From the IMG/VR virus record IMGVR_UViG_3300032268_000293, positions 1 to 64,000 of that record: a stretch of DNA of 64,000 nt; one strand, given 5' to 3'. This document shows, one piece after another, positions 27,573-37,911 of this stretch. Both the position numbers and the translations under genes were made by a program. Every line of letters begins with the position of its first letter. The stretch's first letter is position 1. The notes under the pieces are model-generated. The model did no database searches and was not told the DNA's origin. It was given only the letters and a program-made list of their open reading frames with translations. Source of the DNA: a virus.

Positions 27573-27895
27573 TAAAACCCCACCGATGAACCACAACCAC
27601 AAGAAGTTTTTGTTTTAGGATTAGTAATTACAAATCGAGACTCAAAGGGTTGCTCTTTATAATCAAGTGTTGCTTCGTTCAAATATTCCATTGACATGTA
27701 ATCTACAATCAATTTAACATCCGATGCTTCAAAAACAAAATCACCATCATCTATTGTGTTTTCAAAAGTAAACACATACTCGAAACCATTACAACCACCA
27801 CCACGAACAGCAACCCTAAGACCTTTAAGTGATGAGTCATTTTCTTCAATAATTAAATCGCGGATTCGTTCAGAGGCATTAGATGTCAATTGCAT
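27572..27895 (-). CDS. A-type Fe-S carrier (IscA/ErpA, HesB family)
   Basis: LRVAVRGGGCNGFEY and SCGCGSS. Confidence 0.92.
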   Translation of the reverse strand: MQLTSNASERIRDLIIEENDSSLKGLRVAVRGGGCNGFEYVFTFENTIDDGDFVFEASDVKLIVDYMSMEYLNEATLDYKEQPFESRFVITNPKTKTSCGCGSSVGF

Positions 27896-28890
27896 TAAGC
27901 AGCCTTACCCCATACGTCGCCCCAGTCACCAGACAACGCACCCTTGGCATAATCAGTAGCACGATTTTCGAAGAAGTTGGTATGGGTTGGGGCATTAATC
28001 ATTTCCTCTACCCATGGTAGAGGATTCTTTTTAACTTTGAAGATTCCCTTCAAGCCAAGAGAGATAAGACGACGATCTGCGATGTAACGAATATACTTCT
28101 TGACTTCTTCAGCCGACAGGTCTCTCATGTCACCCATACTGAATGCGAGATCAATAAACTTATCTTCAAGTTCAACCATCTTTTCAGCAATAGCATAAAT
28201 CTTGCTCTTCAAATCATCATTCCACAATTCTCTGTTTTCTTCTACATATGTTCTGAACAATTTAATCATTGACTCTGCGTGCATTGTTTCATCAACAATA
28301 GACCATGTAACGATTTGTCCCATACCCTTCATCATACCATGACGTGGGAAGTTCAACAACATAATGAAAGAACTAAACAACTGCATACCTTCAGTGAATG
28401 CTGAGAATGCTGCGATGTTTGTTGCTACTGATTCTGCTGTTCCATTTGCTTTAGACAAAGCCATAAAGTAATCATGCTTGTCTCTCATTTGCGCATATTC
28501 TAGAAACTCGTTATAGGTTGCTTCTGGCATACCAACTGTTTCAATCAGATGAGAATACGCAGCAACGTGCAATGCTTCTCTAGCAGAGAAACCAAGCAAC
28601 ATCATACGCACTTCTGGTTGCTTAAAATATGGTAAGTAATTATTTACGTAACCACCAGCAACATCAACGTCACCTTGAACAAAGAATCTGAAAATGTTTG
28701 TCAGGAAATGTTTTTCATGTTCTGTCAGTTTTTTCTTCCAGTCCTTCACATCTTCCATCATCGGCACTTCTGTATGAAGCCAGTGCGCTTGCTCATGTTT
28801 TAACCAAGCATCATATGCCCATGGATAATTAAATGGTTTAAACGAATTTCTATCGTCTGTTAATTTTAGTTTTTCTTTCTTCGACACCAT
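27895..28890 (-). CDS. nrdB: Ribonucleotide reductase class Ia beta subunit
   Basis: FFVQGDVDV, REALH, EGMQLFSSF, DETMH, NFFE. Confidence 0.95.
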   Translation of the reverse strand: MVSKKEKLKLTDDRNSFKPFNYPWAYDAWLKHEQAHWLHTEVPMMEDVKDWKKKLTEHEKHFLTNIFRFFVQGDVDVAGGYVNNYLPYFKQPEVRMMLLGFSAREALHVAAYSHLIETVGMPEATYNEFLEYAQMRDKHDYFMALSKANGTAESVATNIAAFSAFTEGMQLFSSFIMLLNFPRHGMMKGMGQIVTWSIVDETMHAESMIKLFRTYVEENRELWNDDLKSKIYAIAEKMVELEDKFIDLAFSMGDMRDLSAEEVKKYIRYIADRRLISLGLKGIFKVKKNPLPWVEEMINAPTHTNFFENRATDYAKGALSGDWGDVWGKAA

Positions 28891-28914
28891 CTGTGTTTCC
28901 TTTAGTTTCTAGTA

Positions 28915-30711
28915 TTATCCCTCGCAAGCAAGGCACTCATTTCCTTCAGCAAGAGATTTTAAATCGATCTCCTGTATTACTTCTCGTTCTATCTTCTTAG
29001 ATACTTTATCTGCCTTGCCAATCTTTTCGGATCTGCAGTAGTAAAGTGTTTTTAATCCTTGTTTCCATGCTTGGAAGTGCACTGCGTGAACATATTTAAT
29101 GTTTGAGTCAGGTCTGAAGAATAAGTTAAGCGACTGGGCTTGATCAATATATTCTTGTCTGTCTGCTGCATGCTGTACAAGCCATCGTTGGTCGAGTTCC
29201 ATTGAAGTTTTGAAAACATCTTTTGTCCATTCATCAAGGAACTCGAGATGTTGAACACTTCCATCGTTGGCGATAATACTTGACCAGATTTCGTTATAAT
29301 CCAACTTACTTTCTGCATCACACTTCTCCTTAATAATTTTATCAAGCCACTTGTTTTTATTCAGCGAAGAACCCGAAAGAGTATCCTGCCTATAAGCATT
29401 GGCACGATAAGGTTCAATACTAGGACTAGTGTTGCCCATAAGAATGGAAGAAGAAGCATTGGGAGCAATAGCCATGAGATGACTAAAACGATTCCCAGTG
29501 CCCACTGCATCAGGTGCTTCACCACGCTCCAATCCGAGTTCTTTATTTGCACGATCTAACCCTTCTCTAATGTGTTTAAAGATTTGTCTGTTTCTTCCGA
29601 CGGAGAGTGCTGATTCCCACGGCATGTTATTTCGTTGTAGATAAGCATGCCAACCCAAAGCACCGACACCAATGCTGCGCTCACGTATGGCACTATACCT
29701 TGCACGCTCAATGGAGGTAGGAGCATTAAGAATGAAATACTCCAAAACATTGTCAAGCATTTCAGCAACATCACGAAGAAAGTTAGGATCTGTTCTCCAT
29801 TCATCATAGTACTCCAAATTTAAAGAAGATAAGCAACACACTGCAGTGCGTTCTTCGTTGGTTGGTAAAATAATTTCAGAACACAAGTTTGACTGGTGAA
29901 CTTTAAGACCTTTGTCTTTTAACCACTGTGGTAAATGGCGATTTGATGTATCAACGAAGTGAAGATATGGCTCACCTGTCATCATACGCAACTCTAAAAT
30001 TTGTTGCCATAATGCACGAGCAGAAACCACTTCTCTTATGTCACCACTGTGTGGATCTTTCAATTCCCATGAATCATCTGCTTCTGGGTCTAACATACAC
30101 TTTTCAATAATCTGCATAAATGCGTCAGGAATATTGATTGCGTGATGTAGATTTAAACAACGGAGATTCTGATCTCCTGTTGGTTTGCGCATTTCTAGGA
30201 AAGGAATAATATCTGGATGGCTAATGTCGAGATAAGCAGCATAACTGCCACGACGAGTGCGTCCCTGACGGTAAGCCAAAGAACTCGCATCGTAAATCTT
30301 GAGGTGTGGCATAACACCAGTCGATTTATCATCTGCCGAACGAATGCCAAAACCAATACCGACACCGCCACCGAGCATACTAAGCCAATTAGTTTCACTA
30401 AGATTATCAACTAAACCCTCCGCTGTGTCTTCAATATAATTTAAAAAACAAGAGATAGGCATACCCCTCTTGCTTCTCCCAAAGGATAGAATTGGTGTTG
30501 AATATGACAACCAATGCTTGGATGAATAGTCGTACAACCTTTGAGCATGAGCAGGATTACTGCCAAATGCATTCGATACATACGCAAATCTTTCTTGTGG
30601 GGATTGTTCTTCTTCTTTCATGTAAGATTCACGTAGACGTTTAACACCTAATGAATCAAATAAACTGTCTCTACTATAATCTACTACCAGACCATTAATG
30701 GTATCTTGCAT
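28915..30711 (-). CDS. nrdA: Ribonucleotide reductase class Ia alpha subunit
   Basis: PISCF, SNLCSEI, IAPNASS, KTLYYCR, C-terminal CLACEG. Confidence 0.95.
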   Translation of the reverse strand: MQDTINGLVVDYSRDSLFDSLGVKRLRESYMKEEEQSPQERFAYVSNAFGSNPAHAQRLYDYSSKHWLSYSTPILSFGRSKRGMPISCFLNYIEDTAEGLVDNLSETNWLSMLGGGVGIGFGIRSADDKSTGVMPHLKIYDASSLAYRQGRTRRGSYAAYLDISHPDIIPFLEMRKPTGDQNLRCLNLHHAINIPDAFMQIIEKCMLDPEADDSWELKDPHSGDIREVVSARALWQQILELRMMTGEPYLHFVDTSNRHLPQWLKDKGLKVHQSNLCSEIILPTNEERTAVCCLSSLNLEYYDEWRTDPNFLRDVAEMLDNVLEYFILNAPTSIERARYSAIRERSIGVGALGWHAYLQRNNMPWESALSVGRNRQIFKHIREGLDRANKELGLERGEAPDAVGTGNRFSHLMAIAPNASSSILMGNTSPSIEPYRANAYRQDTLSGSSLNKNKWLDKIIKEKCDAESKLDYNEIWSSIIANDGSVQHLEFLDEWTKDVFKTSMELDQRWLVQHAADRQEYIDQAQSLNLFFRPDSNIKYVHAVHFQAWKQGLKTLYYCRSEKIGKADKVSKKIEREVIQEIDLKSLAEGNECLACEG

Positions 30712-30729
30712 TTAACACTCCAATTATTA

Positions 30730-31383
30730 TTATTGTACAAATTCCTTAGACAAAGGAAATATCTTTGCGATGACCTCGGCACATGCTTTGGCGATGAGTG
30801 TGTGTTCTTTTTGTGTTCCGTTTGCTGAGCGTAACTGTATATAGTGTATCCAAGATCTCAGTGTTCCATTCATGTAAAGTTTAGACTCAATAAGACCTTC
30901 TGGCAAAACAGCACGAGCCTGTTCTTTAGCAATACCATTTGCGATCGCCCACTCATATTCCCTCTTTGCTGCATAAATCACTCTTTGTTGAGCACGTTCC
31001 CACTCAATTTGAATCATTTTATCCTCAGTTTCCACACTATTTTGTCTATTTTTTTCATCTTGAAGACGTGCCTCACGAATGACAAAATTAAGATCTTTTG
31101 TAGGATCAGCATAGCGTTGAGAGAATTCTTGGAAAGAGAAACTACGGTGGCGTAACATTTGTCTAGCAATATCACGTGTTGTAGTAATTTCCAAACATAC
31201 GTTCACCATCTCAAGTGGTGACCAATGTTGATTTTTAATTAGATACTTAATTAGTTTTTCACTTGTATCTTTGTTACTTTGATTGCTTGGATTACTAACA
31301 CGTGCGCAGAATGCCACAAGATCCGTCATGTTTTCAGCAAAGTATTCGGCAGGTTGCGAATATGAGATTAATTCTACTTTCAT
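30730..31383 (-). CDS. thyX: Flavin-dependent thymidylate synthase
   Basis: RHRSFSFQEFSQRY, HWSPLE, KEQARAVLP. Confidence 0.95.
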   Translation of the reverse strand: MKVELISYSQPAEYFAENMTDLVAFCARVSNPSNQSNKDTSEKLIKYLIKNQHWSPLEMVNVCLEITTTRDIARQMLRHRSFSFQEFSQRYADPTKDLNFVIREARLQDEKNRQNSVETEDKMIQIEWERAQQRVIYAAKREYEWAIANGIAKEQARAVLPEGLIESKLYMNGTLRSWIHYIQLRSANGTQKEHTLIAKACAEVIAKIFPLSKEFVQ

Positions 31384-31445
31384 TTTGTTTCCTTCATCAA
31401 TAACTCTTTGAGCCCACATTTCCTCATTCTCAAGAATAGGAATAT

Positions 31446-32459
31446 TCAAATTTTCTTCCATACAGTATATCTCGCTTTCGCTTCTAAACCACTAACAGTG
31501 TATTCATCGATAAGTTTCAAAACCTTTTCTTGCGTGTAACCAGCAAGAATTAATTCATTTATATCTTTATATCCTGTCTCTGGCATTAAGGAAACAGTGT
31601 AACCAAGATCAATACACTTCTCAATTTGCTTACACAGTTCTTTATTTCTTGGTTCGTTATCAAAAACTACAACGAGATTAGTAGAAAGACCGCGAAGATA
31701 GAGACTATCAAAACTTGCTCCTGCAACAGCAATGGTGTTTGATAGAAAAAGAGAGTCAATCGGTCCTTCAACCGCATAAACTTTTTCAGCAAAATTGACA
31801 CGTTCAAGTCCATAAATTCTCTCCATATCATCATCAAGTTTGATTGTCATATATCTCGGTTGTTCATCGCCGAAAGCTCTACCCTGAAAAGCAAAAACTT
31901 TTCCGTGTTCATTAAAGAAGGGGATTACTAATCGAGGATGATCATTATCTTCTGAGGTGTATGTATATTTAACTCTGTTAACATACTTCTTCCACTTTGG
32001 CGCATAAAAAAGATTTTCATAATGTGTGCGTGGAATTTTACGTTTCTCAACATATAACACAGCAGGATGATCTGCTGGCATTGTATCAATCCGTCTAAGA
32101 CCACTAAGAGTATCATCTTGTAACTCGACAAAAACTGGCTTTGTGTCAGCAATTTCTATCGTTTTATGCGCATTATATCTCTTTGGACCCGACTTATAAC
32201 GCTCCATTACATACTGCTCATAAAGGTATGGGTCAACGTGTTTAATCAGATTGCCTGCGTTTGTTGACACTCCACAATTATGACACTTGTAAAACAAGTC
32301 ATTTTTTGAGGGATATGCGTATCCTCTTGCCTTCAGTTTGTTCTTGGTGCTATCGCCACAGAAGGGACAGGAGAAATTGAAGGTGTTGTCTTTCTTCTCC
32401 TTGAAATTTCGAAGGCGAGAAGAAAGTTGGGTGATGTATTTTAGATCAATGTATAGCAT
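31446..32459 (-). CDS. DNA primase (T4 gp61-like)
   Basis: CPFCGDS...CHNC zinc finger; FQGRA; VEGPIDSLF; FDNEPRN. Confidence 0.93.
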   Translation of the reverse strand: MLYIDLKYITQLSSRLRNFKEKKDNTFNFSCPFCGDSTKNKLKARGYAYPSKNDLFYKCHNCGVSTNAGNLIKHVDPYLYEQYVMERYKSGPKRYNAHKTIEIADTKPVFVELQDDTLSGLRRIDTMPADHPAVLYVEKRKIPRTHYENLFYAPKWKKYVNRVKYTYTSEDNDHPRLVIPFFNEHGKVFAFQGRAFGDEQPRYMTIKLDDDMERIYGLERVNFAEKVYAVEGPIDSLFLSNTIAVAGASFDSLYLRGLSTNLVVVFDNEPRNKELCKQIEKCIDLGYTVSLMPETGYKDINELILAGYTQEKVLKLIDEYTVSGLEAKARYTVWKKI

Positions 32460-32466
32460 ATTGTAT

Positions 32467-32495
32467 ATTATACCCCGAATGGGGTTAAAGAGCAA
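32467..32495 (-). promoter_or_regulatory. Sigma70-like promoter of primase
   Basis: TTGCTC-17-TATAAT. Confidence 0.55.
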
Positions 32496-32531
32496 ATTTT
32501 ATTTTAGAATTTTATACTGCTGTAAACGATG

Positions 32532-33785
32532 TTACCAAGTACCAGCACTATACGCTGTACGTTTCCATATATCAGTTGAATTATTTACATAATTCGCTAC
32601 GCAATAGTATATGTAAGAAGTATCAAAGGCTATCATACCTGTTTTATCACCAGCTGCGCCATAACTATGAGTAGGAGGATTAGTTGATAAAATTAATCTA
32701 TCAGCATTGATATACTGACTGTATGAAATAGCTGCCAGTGAAATGCCACCAAATGTAGAGTTTGCTTTATCATAAACAGAGTGTAGGATAGAATAATATC
32801 CACCGAAACTGTTTCTTGACACATCTGTTAAAGTAGGTATCAATGTCTGACTATTGTTTACTGTTATTATTGAACCAGCACTTTGTGTTATGGCATTAGA
32901 AGTATTAGTAGCAGAATACACAAGTGTATCAGAAAGTTGTAGTGTTCCCGCTGTTAAAACTACTGGTCCCATTGTAATAACACCTTTAACTAAAACTCCA
33001 GCAGAAGCATTATTTACAGTCACAGTACCATAATTACCACCAACCATAATAGTTGTACCACTACCAGTAATGCTTAATGTAGATGAAGATAAATCGCATC
33101 CTCTAAATACTGTGTATGCAGATGATGTTTTTGTAGCTGCTGTTGTTACTGTACAACCAATAAGATCAACTGTTCCTGTTGTATTATCTGCTGAGATAAC
33201 AAGATTTGTCATCTTTAGACCATCAATGGTACAACCTTTTGTAATGGTCAAAGTACCAGACAGTGTAGTATTTTTACCCACCAATTCATGTGTGGTTAAA
33301 ACAGTAAACTGAGTATTAATTGTTACATTTTCTGTATAGTCGCCTGGATGTAAAATAATTGTTTTTCTTTGTCCGACACCAGTTGTTTCAAATGCCAAGG
33401 CTGCTAATACTTGTGCTTGAGCAATAGTCTTAACTGGATCACCAATAGTTCCATTACCACTATTATCAAAAGCAACAGGGCTAACATGGATTTCTGGACC
33501 ATATCCTGTAATGTATGGACTTACAGCATCTAATTTATTGCTATATGTAATCGCACCAGTTGATTCGTTATATTGTAAAACTCGTTTAGTTGCATATGCG
33601 CTCGTACCACCACTTTGAGTAATAGCTCCAGTTGTGATTGCTATACCACCTGGTGTTACACCGTCGGATATTTTTAATGCACCAATTTCTGGATCATAGA
33701 ACAATTCACCAGTTACACCAATATGAGAGGCAGCAGGATTGCCACCCATTTTATCGGCGAATAGTTTATATGTTTTATTTGACAT
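32532..33785 (-). CDS. Tail fibre/spike-like structural protein
   Basis: N-terminal GELFYD...LKISDGVTPGG; Thr/Gly-rich beta-helix-like body; C-terminal GDKTGMIAFDTSYIYYC...WKR. Confidence 0.65.
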   Translation of the reverse strand: MSNKTYKLFADKMGGNPAASHIGVTGELFYDPEIGALKISDGVTPGGIAITTGAITQSGGTSAYATKRVLQYNESTGAITYSNKLDAVSPYITGYGPEIHVSPVAFDNSGNGTIGDPVKTIAQAQVLAALAFETTGVGQRKTIILHPGDYTENVTINTQFTVLTTHELVGKNTTLSGTLTITKGCTIDGLKMTNLVISADNTTGTVDLIGCTVTTAATKTSSAYTVFRGCDLSSSTLSITGSGTTIMVGGNYGTVTVNNASAGVLVKGVITMGPVVLTAGTLQLSDTLVYSATNTSNAITQSAGSIITVNNSQTLIPTLTDVSRNSFGGYYSILHSVYDKANSTFGGISLAAISYSQYINADRLILSTNPPTHSYGAAGDKTGMIAFDTSYIYYCVANYVNNSTDIWKRTAYSAGTW

Positions 33786-33842
33786 TTTATTTCCCTTGTT
33801 ATAAGATAATGTCCTTTTTCAAGGGAAATTAAATTGTTAGTT

Positions 33843-34169
33843 TTAGTTTATGAACTTTGCAAAGAAATCTGAATGGCCAATAACATATCCAAGAACTACT
33901 GCACCGCCAATGAGCATCCATCGCCACTTCTCAAGAACATCAACACGATTGTCAATCTTATGCATCTGATCTGACAGAGATTGATGTTGAGTAGTAGCGT
34001 CATGTTTAATTGATGCTGTCGAAGCATCAATTTTGTCAACGATTTCTCTTGTGGTAGTTGTAATTCTAGAATGCACTTCTTTTACATCGGAACGAATTTC
34101 GGAAATATCCTCTTTTAGATTTTCGACATTCGTCTCAAGAGAAGCGACTCTCTCTTCTACTGGACTCAT
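33843..34169 (-). CDS. Coiled-coil plus C-terminal TM protein (XhlA-like, lysis-associated candidate)
   Basis: ERVASLE heptads; RVDVLEKWRWMLIGGAVVLG. Confidence 0.55.
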   Translation of the reverse strand: MSPVEERVASLETNVENLKEDISEIRSDVKEVHSRITTTTREIVDKIDASTASIKHDATTQHQSLSDQMHKIDNRVDVLEKWRWMLIGGAVVLGYVIGHSDFFAKFIN

Positions 34170-34780
34170 TTTACTTCCTCGTATATTTGCTTTTGAGTTC
34201 GATACCATTCTTGCCATCCCTTCAACTTGCTTCTTACTTCGTAGCAGGTTGCGTAGTTGTCGACGACGACTTCAAGGACTTGACTGGCTTTAACATCGGA
34301 GGTTCCTCCATCAGTTCCTTGGGTGCTTCTGGAAACTTGATTTTGACTGGCACTGTCGTGGAGCACGACTGCAGAGTTAGGCAAGCTGCACTGATTATCG
34401 AGATCTTTAGCAACGACATCTTTAATGATTTGTTTGTTTTCATTAGCAGTTTCCCTTACTATTTCTATTTGTTTTACAACCTTTTCAACAATCTTTACAT
34501 TCTGTTGCTTTGACTTTTCTTCAGCAACTTGAACTTTTCTCTCAAACTCTTTCGTTGCTTCTATCCAAGTTTTAGAAGCATAGTGATAGCCTTCTAAGAA
34601 TAAACCAGCAACTAAAAATATTCCAGCAATTGCCTTAACAATATTTCCATATAATGATATGAATGGAAGTTTGGAACCAACTGTTCCAATTATAATACCG
34701 ATAATACCAATACTAAAAATAGCATGAATTGCATAGGCAATCCACTCGGCAGGAATAAACGATAACATCCAAATACTCAT
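34166..34780 (-). CDS. Rz-like inner-membrane spanin
   Basis: N-terminal TMs, coiled coil, DNYATCYE..KLKGWQEWY. Confidence 0.65.
   Translation of the reverse strand: MSIWMLSFIPAEWIAYAIHAIFSIGIIGIIIGTVGSKLPFISLYGNIVKAIAGIFLVAGLFLEGYHYASKTWIEATKEFERKVQVAEEKSKQQNVKIVEKVVKQIEIVRETANENKQIIKDVVAKDLDNQCSLPNSAVVLHDSASQNQVSRSTQGTDGGTSDVKASQVLEVVVDNYATCYEVRSKLKGWQEWYRTQKQIYEEVK
34234..34443 (-). CDS. Rz1-like outer-membrane lipoprotein spanin nested in the Rz-like gene
   Basis: Lipobox LQSC then Pro-rich STTVPVKIKFPEAPKELMEEPP; alternate frame. Confidence 0.65.
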   Translation of the reverse strand: MKTNKSLKMSLLKISIISAACLTLQSCSTTVPVKIKFPEAPKELMEEPPMLKPVKSLKSSSTTTQPATK

Positions 34781-34781
34781 G

Positions 34782-35279
34782 TTATACTTTCTTTATTCTC
34801 TTTAACATTCTTATCTGCTTCACTTTCTTTCTTACGATAGGTTCGTCAGTGGAAACGGCAGAACCAGTGGCATTTGTTGGCACTTCTTCTGATAAGAACT
34901 TCTCTACTAGTAGAAACTCTTCACAGAGAATTATATCTTCTCTTCTAATTTTTGTCAAAAGATTATCGTAATCTTCTTCCAAATTTACCATTGATCTTTT
35001 ATTCTCAACACATTCTCTCACAAGAAAATATGCAGTGGCTAATGTCCCAAGTTTTGATCCAAGACCTGGAACTTTTTCCATAATTCGTTTAATTCTAAAG
35101 ACCATTCTATGTAACATAGAATACTGATCTTTCTCAGTCCATGTCATATCTTTCAGTTTCTTTAAAGGATTTCCCTTTTGATCGATGATGCCGAGTTGAT
35201 ATGCTTTTGTCTCTTCGAATGGAGTAACAAGCATACTTAGAATTCTAAACGCAATTAAATTATCAACTAACTGTGACAT
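34782..35279 (-). CDS. T4-like hypothetical protein
   Basis: LVTPFEETKAYQLGIIDQKG, HRMVFRIKR. Confidence 0.7.
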   Translation of the reverse strand: MSQLVDNLIAFRILSMLVTPFEETKAYQLGIIDQKGNPLKKLKDMTWTEKDQYSMLHRMVFRIKRIMEKVPGLGSKLGTLATAYFLVRECVENKRSMVNLEEDYDNLLTKIRREDIILCEEFLLVEKFLSEEVPTNATGSAVSTDEPIVRKKVKQIRMLKRIKKV

Positions 35280-35650
35280 TAAATTTTCCTTAACTCTGAA
35301 ATGATATTTTCATCAAGTTTTATATCAGAGGAAATGATGTTTGTTCCTGGTATAACTTCTGGCATTTTATTTAAAAAAACTAAAAATGTTACTAGTAAAT
35401 TCCAATCGTTTTTCTCTATTTTATAGAACAGCATTTTTATTGCTGATTCTCCAAATATGTTAAAAAGAACGATAAGGTGATTAAGAATTAATCTTTCTTT
35501 TAACTCATCGTTCTTTTTATATCGTGTAAATAATTTTTTAATGTATAGAAATTTCTTCAGATCTTCCTCAAACTCTGTAACAGTAGAGCATTGAGGATTA
35601 TCGTAATTATGCATTGCATATTGAAGAAATTCAGCATCACTTTTAAACAT
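35279..35650 (-). CDS. T4-like hypothetical protein
   Basis: YDNPQC, EFEEDLKKF, ERLILNHLIVLFNIFG. Confidence 0.75.
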   Translation of the reverse strand: MFKSDAEFLQYAMHNYDNPQCSTVTEFEEDLKKFLYIKKLFTRYKKNDELKERLILNHLIVLFNIFGESAIKMLFYKIEKNDWNLLVTFLVFLNKMPEVIPGTNIISSDIKLDENIISELRKI

Positions 35651-35669
35651 AATGTATTAAAAAAATCAA

Positions 35670-36608
35670 TTACGCATTTGTAAATGTAATACCTTGAGTT
35701 GGTGCTGATGTAGAACCAGAGGAACTTGTCGCTGCTCCAGCAGAAGCAACAGGAATCCACTTACCGTTACCGTCAGCATATGCCCAAGCCCACTGAGTCA
35801 TATACAATCCAGCTACTGCAGCTGTTCTTGCTTTATAGTATAATGATCCTCTTTCGCCTGAGTTAGCTGGCTCAATTGACATTGTGTTAGCTGAAGTTAC
35901 GTTCATAATAAACGTAAATACTTTACCAGAATCACCTGCTGTCATTGATGGAAGTGTTACGTTCCATGCGCCACCAGACATGTTAAGTTGGATAAGAGAG
36001 TTAACAGCCAACTGAGATGTGTTCAATGAAGTGTTAGCAGAAATAGTAATAATTTGTGTATTATTTGTAATACCACCTGTTGTTCCTACGAATCCTAGAG
36101 AAACAAACTTAGGATAGTGGAAATTGTGGAATACGTTACCAGAAACGTCAACAGAAGCTACTGGAGTGCCACCAACACGTAGACTTAATAATCTACTTGA
36201 TGCATTCGACAATGTATTTGTAATATTTAAATCGAGTGCTGTGTGAATAACAGAAGAACTGTTCCATGTCTCAACCAACGCTAGTGATGTTCCACCAACT
36301 GTTGCTAAATCACCAATCTGGAATGTAAACTTAGTTGCGCCAACATTACTTAATGTTAATGATGGTAAGTTAGATCCACTTCCAGATATACGGAAAGCTC
36401 CATTAGTAGCATTACCACCAGACGCTTTAACAATAAAAGAGTTTGTTGTTAAAGTGAGAGTTGGGTTTACAGAATTACTGCATGTTAAACCACCAAGCAG
36501 AGAATCTAATGTGAGTTTTCTATTGTCACCAGATTGGACAATTAAAAACAACTCTGCGCCAGTCAAAGCTGACGCTGAGTTTAATTCAGATATCTTTTTA
36601 GATGCCAT
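35670..36608 (-). CDS. Tail-fibre-like structural protein
   Basis: MASKKISELNSA...IVQSG N-terminus; Ser/Thr/Gly-rich. Confidence 0.6.
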   Translation of the reverse strand: MASKKISELNSASALTGAELFLIVQSGDNRKLTLDSLLGGLTCSNSVNPTLTLTTNSFIVKASGGNATNGAFRISGSGSNLPSLTLSNVGATKFTFQIGDLATVGGTSLALVETWNSSSVIHTALDLNITNTLSNASSRLLSLRVGGTPVASVDVSGNVFHNFHYPKFVSLGFVGTTGGITNNTQIITISANTSLNTSQLAVNSLIQLNMSGGAWNVTLPSMTAGDSGKVFTFIMNVTSANTMSIEPANSGERGSLYYKARTAAVAGLYMTQWAWAYADGNGKWIPVASAGAATSSSGSTSAPTQGITFTNA

Positions 36609-36643
36609 TTTTTATTCCTTATAAGGTTATCTCAATGTATTTA

Positions 36644-37894
36644 TTAACTATCTGGGAACTCGATATCATCAGCAGCATCGCCAGTGATTAGAGAACGACC
36701 AGCAACTAATGTTTCATACTGAACACGACCAGCACGACCACCAGTTCCCTCAGTTCTTAGTACCCATCCTGGAGACATAACTGCTGCTGGCTCACCAGAA
36801 CCAAGATCAGCAACGGCAGTAGCTTGATCAGCTGCAGCTTGGATTTCAAAGTACTGAGCATTGTTACCAGTACCAGAAATGTCAATAATAGTTTCTGTTG
36901 TATATGTAAGACCAGTCAATGTACCAGCAGTTGTAACAATCGCAGAACCAGCGTTAGTTTGTAAAGTAAAACCAGTTACGTTTGGTGATGTGCCAGTTAC
37001 TGCAGATACTTTATATGTTGTTCCACTTGTATATCCAGTAATAGTTCCTGTTCCACCTAATGTCCCAGTAATAGTAACACGATCGCCAGCAGCTAATGAA
37101 GAATTACCGCAAGTAAATTGACCACCAGTTCCTGAAGTAGCAACAGTTGCTGCAATAGTACCAGTTGTATTTGCAGCTTTTACGCTAAACACACCAGTTG
37201 CGAAATTAGCAGTAGCAACATAATATGATGTATTGTTTGTTAGTCCAGTTGCGGCAGTACCACCACCATGGAAATATTTAACTTCTTCTCCAGCAACTAA
37301 ACCATGAGTTGCATATGTAACAGTATCAGCAGCAGTTGTTATTCCAGATGTTGGAATGATGCGAGCAGGTTTAGCGATAGCAACTGTTGGCACTGATGTG
37401 TAAGAAGAACCTACGTTTGTCACAGCGATTGCTGTTACTGCGCCACCAGAAATAGTTGCTGTTGCTGCAGCTGATGAACCACCACCACCAGAGAATGTTA
37501 CTGCTGGTGCAGTTCCGAGATATCTTGTACCAGCAAAAGAAATGTTAACATCAACAACATTGTCGCCACCAGCTTGCGCTTCTGTAGCATCAACACCGTA
37601 TGTATTTCTCTTGTCTGCCAGAGACAAATTCTTAGGTGATTGCTGAACACGAACTGGCTCGGAAGCGATCGTTAGCGTTGCATTCGATCCTTCAAAATTA
37701 CTTGTTAGTGTTAGAGCAGTATTGCTTGTGATAGATAATACTTTATATTTTACTGTTCCGATAATTAATGTATCGCCAGCGTCGATGTCGGTAAGGAACG
37801 TTGTTCCTGAACCTGTTACTGCTGCTGATCCGTTGGTTACATCAATCGATGTTCCTGTTGGCGTCGCAGCGTCTTGTTTTCCCCAAAGTGCCAT
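36644..37894 (-). CDS. Virion structural protein (fibre/decoration-like)
   Basis: MALWG N-terminus, GWV...GRAGRVQYETLVA C-terminus; Thr/Gly/Ala-rich. Confidence 0.7.
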   Translation of the reverse strand: MALWGKQDAATPTGTSIDVTNGSAAVTGSGTTFLTDIDAGDTLIIGTVKYKVLSITSNTALTLTSNFEGSNATLTIASEPVRVQQSPKNLSLADKRNTYGVDATEAQAGGDNVVDVNISFAGTRYLGTAPAVTFSGGGGSSAAATATISGGAVTAIAVTNVGSSYTSVPTVAIAKPARIIPTSGITTAADTVTYATHGLVAGEEVKYFHGGGTAATGLTNNTSYYVATANFATGVFSVKAANTTGTIAATVATSGTGGQFTCGNSSLAAGDRVTITGTLGGTGTITGYTSGTTYKVSAVTGTSPNVTGFTLQTNAGSAIVTTAGTLTGLTYTTETIIDISGTGNNAQYFEIQAAADQATAVADLGSGEPAAVMSPGWVLRTEGTGGRAGRVQYETLVAGRSLITGDAADDIEFPDS

Positions 37895-37911
37895 TTTAGT
37901 TTTCTCCTTGT

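Noticed and set aside
27895-30711. Introns or inteins in nrdA/nrdB (gp43 and gp41 also checked)
   Set aside because: Reading frames are continuous, of normal length, and lack intein terminal motifs
32532-33785. Diversity-generating retroelement target (Mtd-like N-terminus)
   Set aside because: No reverse transcriptase and no template/variable repeat pair found
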